The notes under the pieces were generated by a model. That model saw only the letters and a list, made by a program, of their open reading frames with translations, did no database searches and was not told the DNA's origin. From the IMG/VR virus record IMGVR_UViG_3300025892_000010: a DNA stretch of 64,000 bases; one strand, written 5' to 3'. This document shows, piece after piece, positions 1 through 9,499 of this stretch (within the stretch, counting starts at the first letter, position 1; every line of letters starts with the position of its first letter). The translations under genes were made by a program, and so were the position numbers. This stretch comes from a virus.

Positions 1-44
1 GCGGCTACATCTTTTGCTATAAACCTGTTGTCTGTATAACTCAT
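1..44 (-). CDS. 5' end of a hypothetical protein (partial, runs off the window)
   Basis: ATG at 44 overlaps the TGA of the upstream ORF (ATGA); AAGGA upstream; reads MSYTDNRFIAKDVA... Confidence 0.55.
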   Translation of the reverse strand, partial: MSYTDNRFIAKDVA

Positions 45-268
45 AAACCTAATTCCTTATCAATGTAATCATAAATTACATCTGTATTTACTTCGTGCTT
101 AACAGCAACGTTATCAATTGTTGTTTCAACTTCCTTGACAACATCATCTGTATCATAATCAACTTGGTTATAAAAATCACTCACCACATCTTTTTGACGT
201 GGCGACAATTTATTAAATGTCTCCGTGTCTACCGGTGACTTACTGATTAACTGGCTGACTCTCTGCAC
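41..268 (-). CDS. Hypothetical protein of the head-assembly region
   Basis: ORF 41..307; a GTG at 268 preceded by GAGG is the more likely start; acidic 75-aa product located downstream of the portal. Confidence 0.6.
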   Translation of the reverse strand: MQRVSQLISKSPVDTETFNKLSPRQKDVVSDFYNQVDYDTDDVVKEVETTIDNVAVKHEVNTDVIYDYIDKELGL

Positions 269-563
269 TTGGAACCTCGGCTTCAGGTGTAGGTTGTTCG
301 TTACCATTATCAGTAAACTCTATTTCTTGACCTGTTGTATCCATAATTTGGTCTGTCTTATCGCTTGGGTCAGTTACCGCCGGTTTAGGGTCGCTATGAG
401 CTTCTGGCTCTACACCACTAAAAATTCTACCAGCAATATCTTGTCTTTGTGCGTCAAGTGAAGTTGCTACTTTATCTCTTAATGCGTCTTTAAATGCTTC
501 ACCAGCACCTGCATTATCTCCTGTATTCAACTTGTTAATAAAGTCTGTTATTTTTTCTGACAT
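240..563 (-). CDS. Small acidic prohead core protein (gp67-like by position)
   Basis: Immediately follows the portal; AGGAG RBS; helical N-terminus (A..AF...L..KV...LD..R..IA..F) and acidic, low-complexity tail. Confidence 0.6.
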   Translation of the reverse strand: MSEKITDFINKLNTGDNAGAGEAFKDALRDKVATSLDAQRQDIAGRIFSGVEPEAHSDPKPAVTDPSDKTDQIMDTTGQEIEFTDNGNEQPTPEAEVPSAESQPVNQ

Positions 564-573
564 AATTTATCTC

Positions 574-2088
574 CTATTTGATTTCTCTAGTATATTCGCC
601 TGTGTCTGGCATTGAAATTATACCGTCATCAATTTCTTTCCTAATTTGTTTATCTATATCTGCTATTTCTCTATCTGTTTGTCTTAATACATTCTTTCTA
701 ACAAACTCCACAGAGAAGTATTTACCAACATAATCTCTCATTGAATCGGCCAATCTCAATCTTTCCATTAACATTTCTGACTCTTTCAATTCTGCAAAAT
801 GTCCATCTTGTAAAAAATTATATTGTATATTGTCTCTTAATGTAGCCCATTCTGGTTCTGCAATTACACCTTTTAATACTAATTGAGTTTTTAAAATGTC
901 ATTAAAGAGTTCAGTAAATTTCTTTCTTAATCTTTGTACAAATTTTGTAAACTTCAATTCGTCTCTTGTAATTTCAGTTGAACGGCCTAAATTAAATCCT
1001 GAAGAAGACTCTAATCTACTTACAGGTACATTTAAAGAACGATAAAGTTTACTTCTAAAGTATTCTATATCGTTAATTTCTCCTAGATTTTGACCACCTG
1101 GTAAAGTATCTATTTGTGTACCTCTACCGCCTTCTCTACTTGGTAACCAGAAATCTTCCAACATAGACATATAGTTTCTGTCGTCTCTGATTTCACCTGT
1201 GTTTGCGTCATAGACAAGTTTGTTTCTGTATCTTGCCATAACATCACGTAGATATTGTTCAGCTTTTGCTTTAGGTAAATTACCAACATCAATCTTAAAT
1301 ATTCTTCTTTCAGGCGCTCTTGCAATTCTGTAAATAACAGAAGCGTCTTCAATCATTCTTAATTGATTAACTGGTTTAATTGCCTTATGCAAATAAGATA
1401 ATACTAGATTTTTGTTTTGGTCAATTATACCTGACGGACAAAATGATATTGTGTCAGTTGCAATTTTAATACCACCTGAAGTAGTATTAGAAACACCTTT
1501 TTCGTTATAGATGTAGTATTCTTCAAACTCATCTACAACCGTCAATCCGTATGGTGTGGGACCGTCTGGACGTTTCTTCCTAATCTCTCTTATCTTTTTG
1601 ATTTTACGTGGGTCAATGTATCTTAACTCTGTAATACCTTTGATTGGCGATTCTCTGTCAATCACTTTATGGTAATACATTCTTCCGTCAACATACCATC
1701 TTCTAAAGATGTCGTGACCTCTAGTATTAAAGTTCATTAACCTTAATACTTCTTTAAATTCTGCGTCAATTTTTTTCTTGATTTCTACACCGTATTCAAC
1801 ACCGGTCAAATCCAGCTTTACTGCGTCTTTCAACTCATTAGCAACGATAGCTTCGTTGATAATATCTTCAACTGCCATATCACACTCGGGGTGTAATGCA
1901 ATCTCTCTATATCTTCTAATTAAGTCCTGCTCATTTTTAGCAGTACCTTCCATATCAAGGTACTGACCAAAATAACCACCAGCGGCGACGGTTTGTGTTC
2001 CGTCATCCGCTTGTGGTGTTGTAAAGCTTTGTTTTGGATCCTGCGGCTTTTTAGTCCGAGTGATAGAAAATCCAAATAAGTCTGCCAT
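574..2088 (-). CDS. gp20: Portal vertex protein (T4 gp20)
   Basis: Motifs SYLHKAIKPVNQLRMIEDA, IYRIARAPERRIFKIDVGNLPK, EDFWLPSREGGRGT, EITRDELKF. Confidence 0.98.
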   Translation of the reverse strand: MADLFGFSITRTKKPQDPKQSFTTPQADDGTQTVAAGGYFGQYLDMEGTAKNEQDLIRRYREIALHPECDMAVEDIINEAIVANELKDAVKLDLTGVEYGVEIKKKIDAEFKEVLRLMNFNTRGHDIFRRWYVDGRMYYHKVIDRESPIKGITELRYIDPRKIKKIREIRKKRPDGPTPYGLTVVDEFEEYYIYNEKGVSNTTSGGIKIATDTISFCPSGIIDQNKNLVLSYLHKAIKPVNQLRMIEDASVIYRIARAPERRIFKIDVGNLPKAKAEQYLRDVMARYRNKLVYDANTGEIRDDRNYMSMLEDFWLPSREGGRGTQIDTLPGGQNLGEINDIEYFRSKLYRSLNVPVSRLESSSGFNLGRSTEITRDELKFTKFVQRLRKKFTELFNDILKTQLVLKGVIAEPEWATLRDNIQYNFLQDGHFAELKESEMLMERLRLADSMRDYVGKYFSVEFVRKNVLRQTDREIADIDKQIRKEIDDGIISMPDTGEYTREIK

Positions 2089-2116
2089 AATAATAATCCT
2101 TTGTATTTACTACTTA

Positions 2117-2124
2117 TATTTATA
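2117..2124 (-). promoter_or_regulatory. T4-type late promoter TATAAATA (upstream of gp20)
   Basis: Exact TATAAATA in the gp19-gp20 intergenic space. Confidence 0.8.
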
Positions 2125-2126
2125 TG

Positions 2127-2654
2127 TTAAGTAGTAGTATTACTTTCAAAGTATTGGTAACCAAAAGTGACAACAAATTCTTCAATTGTGTCATTGTTAC
2201 CATAGTCCAAATCAATTGCAGCTATAGTTGTCGGATACGCACCTCTTAATGTGTATGACTTTATAGTTGCACCGTTTCTATCCAATTGGTCAACAAAAGC
2301 GTCAACTTGATAATCCGCTGGATTAGTTAAGCCTTCACCGTCTGTTGCGTTATTGATACCGTTTGACCATCTTTCAAATGCGTTTCTTAATTTGAAATTT
2401 GTATCATTGATAACGGTAACTGACCAATCTTCATAGGTCCTGTCACCAGCGATTTTTACTTGTCTGCCTCTGAAAGGCACGGTAATGTTACCAACCGTCA
2501 TTGCCGGTAATGTTGTAACCTTACATAAAAATGCTAGTTCTTCTATCTCTCCACCAACTTGTGCGTAACCAGGAAAAGGCATTGTTACCTTAAACTGATT
2601 GGGTCTAGCCCCACCGCCTGCAAGTTTAGCTTTGAAGTCGTTAATGTTTGCCAT
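2127..2654 (-). CDS. gp19: Tail tube protein (T4 gp19)
   Basis: GGGARPNQF, VPFRGRQVKIAGDRTYEDWSVTVIND, QLDRNG; lies between sheath and portal. Confidence 0.96.
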   Translation of the reverse strand: MANINDFKAKLAGGGARPNQFKVTMPFPGYAQVGGEIEELAFLCKVTTLPAMTVGNITVPFRGRQVKIAGDRTYEDWSVTVINDTNFKLRNAFERWSNGINNATDGEGLTNPADYQVDAFVDQLDRNGATIKSYTLRGAYPTTIAAIDLDYGNNDTIEEFVVTFGYQYFESNTTT

Positions 2655-2668
2655 TTTCTATTCTCCCC

Positions 2669-4588
2669 TTAACCTGCAACTTCGTCAAAGCTGACGCCAG
2701 TTCGTGTTGCGATAAATTGTAAAGTAATAAAGTTAATGCTTCTAGCAGGTTTCACAAAGATTTCTGCTATGAATTCATTTCTGTCAATTACTTCACCTGT
2801 GTTATTAGTTTCATCACAGACTACTAAAAAGTCTGTAATACCTCTTCTACCTTGTACTTCTCTTAAAAAAGGTTCTACAATGTTTCTAAAGTTAGCTCTT
2901 GTAAATTCATCATTGAATTCAAAAAGTTGGAATTTAGAAGCAGTTGCTATTGCCTTCTCTAAAGTGATAAACAATCTTCTTACGTTGATTCTATCAAAAG
3001 CACTTGGAGCAGATAATCCAGTTTTGTCTCCGAAAAGAACCGTACCTTGTCCAGGGAACGTTGCAACAGGATTAACTCTTGCTCTGTATAGTTCGTCTCT
3101 TTGAGCTTTAGTTGGATTAAACGCAAGTTTAACAGCGCCTCTAACTATACCTCTATTGAAGCCGGCTGGTGAGAACCAAGCGTCTGCAATAAGGTCAGTT
3201 CTTGCTGAAAGACCTGCAATGTCTCCGTTTAATGGTACAAAACGATATACGTCATTGTATCTGTCGTATGTGTATTTGTAACCACTATCAAACACAATGT
3301 AAGATGATGAATTGATTTGATTAAAGAAATCAATTACATTACTCTTTTGTGTGTTAGCGTTAGCAACACCCACAACATCACTTCTTTCAGGACTTGCAAA
3401 TACAACAGAGTCTTTTCTGTTTTCTGCAATCGTGATTAGATTGTCAATGTGTGTTTTGTCGCCAGCACCTGCTATGATAAGACCAACATCAACCGTTTCG
3501 CCATCAGCAAATTTTTCATATGCTGATTTCTTTTGGCCAGTAGTTGCTGTAGTTCCGTCAGAACCAGATTGTAATGATACATTAGAAACAGCAGTCACGT
3601 CTGTGAAAGTTGTTCCTGAAGCCGCATTACCCCAGTTTGAACCTGAAGGATTGTGATCCATCCAGTAGATGTAGTTAGATGATTTATATATTACGTCAAT
3701 ATAGTAGTTTACAGAACCTTGAGAAGTTTTAGCGTCTGAAGCTTTTGAAACTGCTTCAAATTTTTCTAATACTTCGCCTTTAGTTCCTGATATTGCACCA
3801 TCTTCGTCTATTACGATTATATGTATTTCGTCACCTGAACCACCTCTTGCTTGTGCAAATGGTGATGTTCCTGGTGCCTTGTCAAATAATTCGTAATGTC
3901 TCCATCTTCTTCTTACTTGAGCGCCGTTAGTTGGTGCTTCGTGTAATCCTGAAGAGTTAGTTGTTGCATAAAAAGCAGGCTCTTCTTTTCTAACAATTGA
4001 TAAATCGTTAGTTGCTTTGCCCACTACTCTATATTCATACTCACCACCAAAATTTACTATGTCGCCGATTTCTATTCCTGCCGCTGAAGCAACGGTAACA
4101 ACCGTATCACCGACAGCCATAGCGGCGTCAGCAACGGTAGTTTTGTTTACTTCTTCGTAAGCTGTAGCAGAGGCACATTGAGAAATCTGTAAAGAGTTTC
4201 CGAAAGCGCCTGGTGTTCTAGCAGCCCACATTCCAACAGAAGCAGAACCGTCAGCATAGTTATTTGTATAGTCAGTAGTATTCTTTATTATAAACGCTGA
4301 ACCACTTTCGGTTGCGTTTGATACAGATGAATTCTGTACACGGACTACTCTCAAAGCATTAGAATATTGTAAAAAGTTAGCAGCACTAAAAAAGTCTTCA
4401 AAGTTAGAATTATTAGGCTTACCGAACGTAGATACAAGTTCTTGCTCACTAGAAATACTTACTACTTCATCTAAAGGACCTTGCGTGAAAGTTCCAGCAA
4501 AGGCTCCTATTGATGTAGATACAGCAGGTATAATTCTTGTTAAGTCTTTTTCCTGTACGAGAACACCTGGTGATACTTGAAATGCCAT
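2669..4588 (-). CDS. gp18: Tail sheath protein (T4 gp18)
   Basis: SPGVLVQEKDLT N-terminus, WFSPAGFNRG, FDRINVRRLF, FEFNDEFTR, KPARSINFI. Confidence 0.98.
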   Translation of the reverse strand: MAFQVSPGVLVQEKDLTRIIPAVSTSIGAFAGTFTQGPLDEVVSISSEQELVSTFGKPNNSNFEDFFSAANFLQYSNALRVVRVQNSSVSNATESGSAFIIKNTTDYTNNYADGSASVGMWAARTPGAFGNSLQISQCASATAYEEVNKTTVADAAMAVGDTVVTVASAAGIEIGDIVNFGGEYEYRVVGKATNDLSIVRKEEPAFYATTNSSGLHEAPTNGAQVRRRWRHYELFDKAPGTSPFAQARGGSGDEIHIIVIDEDGAISGTKGEVLEKFEAVSKASDAKTSQGSVNYYIDVIYKSSNYIYWMDHNPSGSNWGNAASGTTFTDVTAVSNVSLQSGSDGTTATTGQKKSAYEKFADGETVDVGLIIAGAGDKTHIDNLITIAENRKDSVVFASPERSDVVGVANANTQKSNVIDFFNQINSSSYIVFDSGYKYTYDRYNDVYRFVPLNGDIAGLSARTDLIADAWFSPAGFNRGIVRGAVKLAFNPTKAQRDELYRARVNPVATFPGQGTVLFGDKTGLSAPSAFDRINVRRLFITLEKAIATASKFQLFEFNDEFTRANFRNIVEPFLREVQGRRGITDFLVVCDETNNTGEVIDRNEFIAEIFVKPARSINFITLQFIATRTGVSFDEVAG

Positions 4589-4685
4589 TAGGGTTTCTCC
4601 TTCTTAATTTGCAAATTATTTTTATTCATTTACTTCAACACTCGTATTATTCATACGCCCATAGTCAAAAGTCATACTCTACTGA

Positions 4686-4693
4686 TATTTATA
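4686..4693 (-). promoter_or_regulatory. T4-type late promoter TATAAATA (upstream of gp18, ~90-nt leader)
   Basis: Exact TATAAATA in the gp17-gp18 intergenic region. Confidence 0.8.
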
Positions 4694-4704
4694 ATACCCA
4701 GCAA

Positions 4705-6333
4705 CTAGAGACCCTTACGTACAACTGGATGCCATACCGTACCATATTCATCAACTTCTACCTTTTCGTGCTCTGGAGTACCATCATCTACAAACCCGAA
4801 TGGTGCCATATCTTGCTCAATTAGGTTTTGTTGTTCTTCATATAACATTTGTCTTGCGTTAGTATCAGTCATCTCCTTGAAGAAAGGTTGATTAGATAAC
4901 CAACCAAAGATAACTAAACACATCATCAAATCGTCATTATTACCCTCTTCAGCCTGCCAAGATTGACCTTTTCTGATAAAGGTTGACATTTCTTCAATAA
5001 TGTTAAAATCATTAATTAGTATTTTATCACTCTCAACTAACGTCTTAATATTAGAACAACCAATCTTTTTAATTTGTTTAGTCATCTTAACACCAAAACC
5101 AGAACCTCTACCACTAAATCCGGCACCTAGTATTTGACCAGCACGACCTCTTTGTGTTGTCATCAATAGATTATCATACTCTAATTCAAATTGTAATGCC
5201 TCTGCAATTTGTTGACCTAAATCATTTGTCTCTACCATTATATGTGCGTGATTATAAGCCTTTGCAACTCTATCAATTGTATGAGGAAATAGTAAAGGTT
5301 TAATATCATTGTTTCTATATTTGGCCACAATTTTATATGGCATTTTACTAACGTCTAACATCACAAAAGCCGAGTAATCTTTTTGTACACCTCTTGCTAC
5401 GTCAACGGTACAAACATATGTATTACCTTTTATAGGTTGTTCATATACATCTAAACCACCACTTGATTGAAGAGGAGTTTGAAAGGCCATTTGTTTAATT
5501 TTTGCTGGACTAATTAATGTATTTACAGAACCTAAAAACTCACACTCAAACTCTTGTTGAAACTGCTCAGGTGAGGTGTTTCTAATTGTTCTTTCTTTCC
5601 AGTCTTCGTCACGACCAGGCACTTCCGACCAATGTACTTCAATAGGCACATAATCATTTCTACCATTCTCTGCGTCTGTCCATAATTTGTAAAATTGATT
5701 CATACCATAGGGTGTTGATACAATAATCATTTTTGTTTTTTGACCAGAGGAGATTGTAGGATAAACAGAGCTAAAAAACATTTCGGCAATATTAGCAGGT
5801 ACGAAAGCGTACTCATCTAGGAAAATAATATTATAAGAACCACCTCGGATTGCACTTGAAGAAGTTGCAGCCGCCACAATAGTTGACTTGTTTTCTAATT
5901 CAATATTACCTTTGTTCCAGTTTATAACTCCTTGTTGCATCCACTTTGGTAAGTTTTCATATGCAAGTTGTAATCTACTTAAAATATCTCTAGCAGTTGA
6001 AGATTTATTGGCAAGTAAAGCAATGTTTGAATTAGGATTAAACAATGCATAATGAAGTAAATAAGAAATAACGGTTGTTGATTTACCTGATTGTCTTGGT
6101 AATTTACAAATTGTAAATCTATTGTTATGCATAGTGTTAACAATTTTTTCTTGAAAACCATACATTTTAAAAGGCACTAAACCATCATCAAGAGATACAA
6201 TTTGAATATAATTTTGCATAAAGTAAATAGGGTCATTAGCACACTTTTGATATTCTACAATTTGTTCTTTTGTAAATTCAACAGGTGTATTTACTTTTTT
6301 TAGATTCGGATTACCTAGATATGCGTCAGACAT
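4705..6333 (-). CDS. gp17: Terminase large subunit (T4 gp17)
   Basis: YLGNPNLK, Walker A PRQSGKST, Walker B IFLDEYAF, IVSTPYG, nuclease motifs VDVARG and DDLMM. Confidence 0.98.
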   Translation of the reverse strand: MSDAYLGNPNLKKVNTPVEFTKEQIVEYQKCANDPIYFMQNYIQIVSLDDGLVPFKMYGFQEKIVNTMHNNRFTICKLPRQSGKSTTVISYLLHYALFNPNSNIALLANKSSTARDILSRLQLAYENLPKWMQQGVINWNKGNIELENKSTIVAAATSSSAIRGGSYNIIFLDEYAFVPANIAEMFFSSVYPTISSGQKTKMIIVSTPYGMNQFYKLWTDAENGRNDYVPIEVHWSEVPGRDEDWKERTIRNTSPEQFQQEFECEFLGSVNTLISPAKIKQMAFQTPLQSSGGLDVYEQPIKGNTYVCTVDVARGVQKDYSAFVMLDVSKMPYKIVAKYRNNDIKPLLFPHTIDRVAKAYNHAHIMVETNDLGQQIAEALQFELEYDNLLMTTQRGRAGQILGAGFSGRGSGFGVKMTKQIKKIGCSNIKTLVESDKILINDFNIIEEMSTFIRKGQSWQAEEGNNDDLMMCLVIFGWLSNQPFFKEMTDTNARQMLYEEQQNLIEQDMAPFGFVDDGTPEHEKVEVDEYGTVWHPVVRKGL

Positions 6334-6613
6334 TTATAACTATTCCCTCTATATGTGTATAACCTAATTGTCTGGCAGCCTGTACCCTTTGCGAGCCACG
6401 CCACACAGAATATTCTTTTTCGGTATATTCTACACCGTTAACACCTTTTCTTGATGTTAAACTAACTTCGTGTTTTAATACTTCTATTGGATTTATTAAT
6501 TCTTCACCATCTAACAATTGTTTTAGTGGTGTCATAGACTTGATAAATTGCAACTTACTTAAATCAAGTATTATCTTTTTCGGGTTTGTCAATTTTGCCT
6601 TCAATAATTTCAT
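6326..6613 (-). CDS. Small ParB/sulfiredoxin-like domain protein
   Basis: LINPIEV...YSVWRGSQRVQAARQLGYTHIEGIV resembles the ParB-N box (Y.v..G..R..Aa..LG...I). Confidence 0.55.
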   Translation of the reverse strand: MKLLKAKLTNPKKIILDLSKLQFIKSMTPLKQLLDGEELINPIEVLKHEVSLTSRKGVNGVEYTEKEYSVWRGSQRVQAARQLGYTHIEGIVINV

Positions 6614-7031
6614 CTTCGTTTTTCCGATTTAGCATTTGTTGTAATTCTTTTGTAGAACCTACGAACAATGCATTTTTAATATTAGCACTTGTTTTATTAG
6701 GTACTTCTTTTAAATCTTTTAGTTTCTTTTGTAAGTCTTGTAGTTTATCTACCGTCTGAGCTACTTGACTTATTAATTGACCTGCAACTTCATATGCTCT
6801 AGGGTGTTGGCCTTCTTTTGCAATATCTAATATACCTTCAATTGCCTCATTACCTTTATCTATTAAATTGTAATAGTTATCTCTACTATGAACATAATCA
6901 TTATCAACATCATCTTTTGTTTCATCAATTTTTCTAGGAACAGGAGCTGGTTGTTCAAAGTCTTTTACTACAACCTCACTTTTCTTTTCTATACCTAAAA
7001 TTTCATTTACACTATCTTCAAGTTTACTCAT
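6564..7031 (-). CDS. gp16: Terminase small subunit (T4 gp16)
   Basis: DY..SR.NYY.LI.KG.EAIEG, HPRAYEVAGQLI, NALFVGST.ELQ; start revised to MSKLED at 7031. Confidence 0.92.
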   Translation of the reverse strand: MSKLEDSVNEILGIEKKSEVVVKDFEQPAPVPRKIDETKDDVDNDYVHSRDNYYNLIDKGNEAIEGILDIAKEGQHPRAYEVAGQLISQVAQTVDKLQDLQKKLKDLKEVPNKTSANIKNALFVGSTKELQQMLNRKNEDEIIEGKIDKPEKDNT

Positions 7032-7830
7032 CTGTATCATTAGAAGGATTATAATTTTTACCATCACTAAAATTTAAAATTTGTGTAGTAAATCCAAAGT
7101 CATCATCTGCGTCAGCATTTGCTGGATTTGGAGTTATAATAATCCTCTCCTCTCTTGTTGCTGGTGGTTTTTCTGTATCAGTATATAAATCGTCTTGTAC
7201 TTCTTTAATAACTTTACTATTGGCCATAGGACCAAATAGATAAGTTTTTGCTGTAAATGATAATGTATAAATCACAGCTCTTCTATTAGTAAAACTGCCA
7301 TCATAACTATCTTGATAATCAACACTATTTAAAATAATTGGTACGTCTCTTTTTATATTTAAATCAGGAACCATATTAACGGTTACCGTGTAATCAGGTT
7401 GGAAGAATGGTAAAATCTGTTCTACAATTATTAGTCCGTTTTCAGCAGTTGCCGTAAATATATTAAGGGTATAATTGACATTGTACGGAACAGGAGTATA
7501 ATTATAATCCATAACTTTACCATCTTCACCGGTCTTAACTTGTTTGAATTTTTGCATTTTGTTTAACTTCCTACTAGAGTCATAAGATAGTCCTGTCATT
7601 TCAAAACCCATTCTAGGTAAGGTAACTGCAAACTCTCTATTATCTAAATTAGCTTGTTCATCTAATCTAACTAAAAACTTTTCTTTAGGTGCATATGCTA
7701 AAGGCACTCTATATCTTTTGGTTACTGCACCAGTAGAAGATTTATTTTGAACAATAACATTGTTAAACAATTGACCAAAACCAATTGTTAATCTTCTAAT
7801 ACCTTCGTTGTAAAAATGTGAACCAAACAT
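7024..7830 (-). CDS. gp15: Tail sheath stabilizer/terminator (T4 gp15)
   Basis: FYNEGIRR...FGQLFN, VPLAYAPKEKFL, LPRMGFE, EQILPFFQP. Confidence 0.95.
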   Translation of the reverse strand: MFGSHFYNEGIRRLTIGFGQLFNNVIVQNKSSTGAVTKRYRVPLAYAPKEKFLVRLDEQANLDNREFAVTLPRMGFEMTGLSYDSSRKLNKMQKFKQVKTGEDGKVMDYNYTPVPYNVNYTLNIFTATAENGLIIVEQILPFFQPDYTVTVNMVPDLNIKRDVPIILNSVDYQDSYDGSFTNRRAVIYTLSFTAKTYLFGPMANSKVIKEVQDDLYTDTEKPPATREERIIITPNPANADADDDFGFTTQILNFSDGKNYNPSNDTDE

Positions 7831-8651
7831 TATTCGTCAACCTCTCCGAAAGGATTTCTTTCTGTAAAATCTAATATATCATCTGCTGTTGATACCGTAT
7901 CATAACCAGCAGAGGCGTTCATATCTAAATTACTTGCATAATTAGATTGTACGGCTATTGTATCTGTACCGTCAAAAGTTTCTAACATTAATAATGCTTT
8001 TTGACCTGTTGAATAATCAAAGTAATCTTCTAATTCAATTGAACCATCACCTGTCAATGCAACTTGACCAGATTCTAAACCAACTTTATGATTTAATGTA
8101 TTTAATGAATACTTATCTTCAGCTTGGTCAAGTATTTCTTGACCTGTATTAATCTCTTCATTTGCATATTCAAATCTAGTCACTCTTAATTTATAAACAG
8201 GTAAATTTCCTAATTGAAAGAATGGCTCTTGGTCTTCAACAAACTGAATTTCAAAAAATGAATTCATTAAAGGTAGATAAATTATATCTCCCTCGTTTGG
8301 TCTGCCTACTGCAATTAAATTAGCTTTACTTGCTACGTGTTCCTCAAATCTACGTTTAGAAACAACAAGTGTTGTATCTTCTCTAATCTCTAAACCAAAT
8401 TTGTTAATTAATTCTTGTTCGCCAGCAAAGCCTTCTTGCGTTTCAAAATACATTTCAATCATATACGAGTCGTCAAAACGACTTGTAGTATCTTCGCCTA
8501 ATACTAAATCTCTGTTAACTAATGTTCGTGGTAGGTAATAAACGTCTTGTCCGTAGATTTTTAATCCTTCAATGATTAGGTCTTCGTGCAATCTCTGTTC
8601 GGCGTTATTACCAATGCCTCGTCCACCTTGAAAGTAGTGATTGATTGCCAT
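7830..8651 (-). CDS. gp14: Neck protein (T4 gp14)
   Basis: YGQDVYYLPR, KFGLEIRED, RPNEGDIIY.P, PFFQLG, FTERNPFG. Confidence 0.95.
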   Translation of the reverse strand: MAINHYFQGGRGIGNNAEQRLHEDLIIEGLKIYGQDVYYLPRTLVNRDLVLGEDTTSRFDDSYMIEMYFETQEGFAGEQELINKFGLEIREDTTLVVSKRRFEEHVASKANLIAVGRPNEGDIIYLPLMNSFFEIQFVEDQEPFFQLGNLPVYKLRVTRFEYANEEINTGQEILDQAEDKYSLNTLNHKVGLESGQVALTGDGSIELEDYFDYSTGQKALLMLETFDGTDTIAVQSNYASNLDMNASAGYDTVSTADDILDFTERNPFGEVDE

Positions 8652-8656
8652 ACATT

Positions 8657-9463
8657 TTACCCTATCATCATTGCTGGATTTAATTCGTAAGACGTTCTAA
8701 TTTCTTGTTCTAATTTTTCAATGTCTCCCAATGCTTGAGAAAATATTTCTTGACCGTTTAAGGTAACTCCACCAATCATTTGAACACCACCAAATTTAGA
8801 TAGATTAGCACCCCATTGTCTTTTAAACAAAGCAGTCACATATCTTTTTAAAAAGAGGTCATTGTAAACGTCTGAATTTGTAGCTGGGTCTAGTTTTCTA
8901 TAACATTCAATTACCAAATATTCATCAACTGCTAAATCATTTTTCCAGTCCATATCTATATAAAGTTTATTTTCGTGTTGATTAAATCTCATAGGTTTTT
9001 CACCAACTAATATGTGGTCTAAAAAATCTAAATGTCTTAATACTACATCATAGTTAACAACACTTGTAGATGAGAAGTCGTAAAGGTCATTTAATCTCAA
9101 TTGGTATCTTACATCAAATAAGTTTAGACTACCTTTAGAAGAAAAGGGAAATATATTAATTACAGAAAGAATAGAAGATGGTATAGCTAACCAATTCTGT
9201 CCTTCTTTCCAAGTAGTTGTATCAGAACCAATAGTTGCCGTTTCTGAAGCGTCTGCTGTCATTCTAGCTTTATCAGCTGCTGTGTATTGGTATTTTAAAT
9301 ATGTTCTTTTAACACCATCATAATGGTATTGAGCAAAGTATTGTATAGCCTCATCAATTCTATCTTCAAGTTGGTCGTCATCAACGTTGATTTCAATTAC
9401 AGGCTTACCTAATGCTCTTAAAGCATATTGTTTTAAATTTTCTCTAGTTGCTGGTTCTGCCAT
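8657..9463 (-). CDS. gp13: Neck protein (T4 gp13)
   Basis: LRALGKPVIEINV..DQ..DRIDEA, K.QWG.NL.KF.G....GGVTLNG. Confidence 0.95.
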   Translation of the reverse strand: MAEPATRENLKQYALRALGKPVIEINVDDDQLEDRIDEAIQYFAQYHYDGVKRTYLKYQYTAADKARMTADASETATIGSDTTTWKEGQNWLAIPSSILSVINIFPFSSKGSLNLFDVRYQLRLNDLYDFSSTSVVNYDVVLRHLDFLDHILVGEKPMRFNQHENKLYIDMDWKNDLAVDEYLVIECYRKLDPATNSDVYNDLFLKRYVTALFKRQWGANLSKFGGVQMIGGVTLNGQEIFSQALGDIEKLEQEIRTSYELNPAMMIG

Positions 9464-9484
9464 TTGTTATACCCTATTCTGGTA

Positions 9485-9492
9485 TATTTATA
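9485..9492 (-). promoter_or_regulatory. T4-type late promoter TATAAATA (upstream of gp13)
   Basis: Exact intergenic TATAAATA. Confidence 0.8.
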
Positions 9493-9499
9493 ATAGTTA

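Noticed and set aside
574-6333. Introns, inteins or homing endonucleases in portal, sheath or terminase
   Set aside because: The ORFs are continuous and of normal length, with no splicing or endonuclease motifs.
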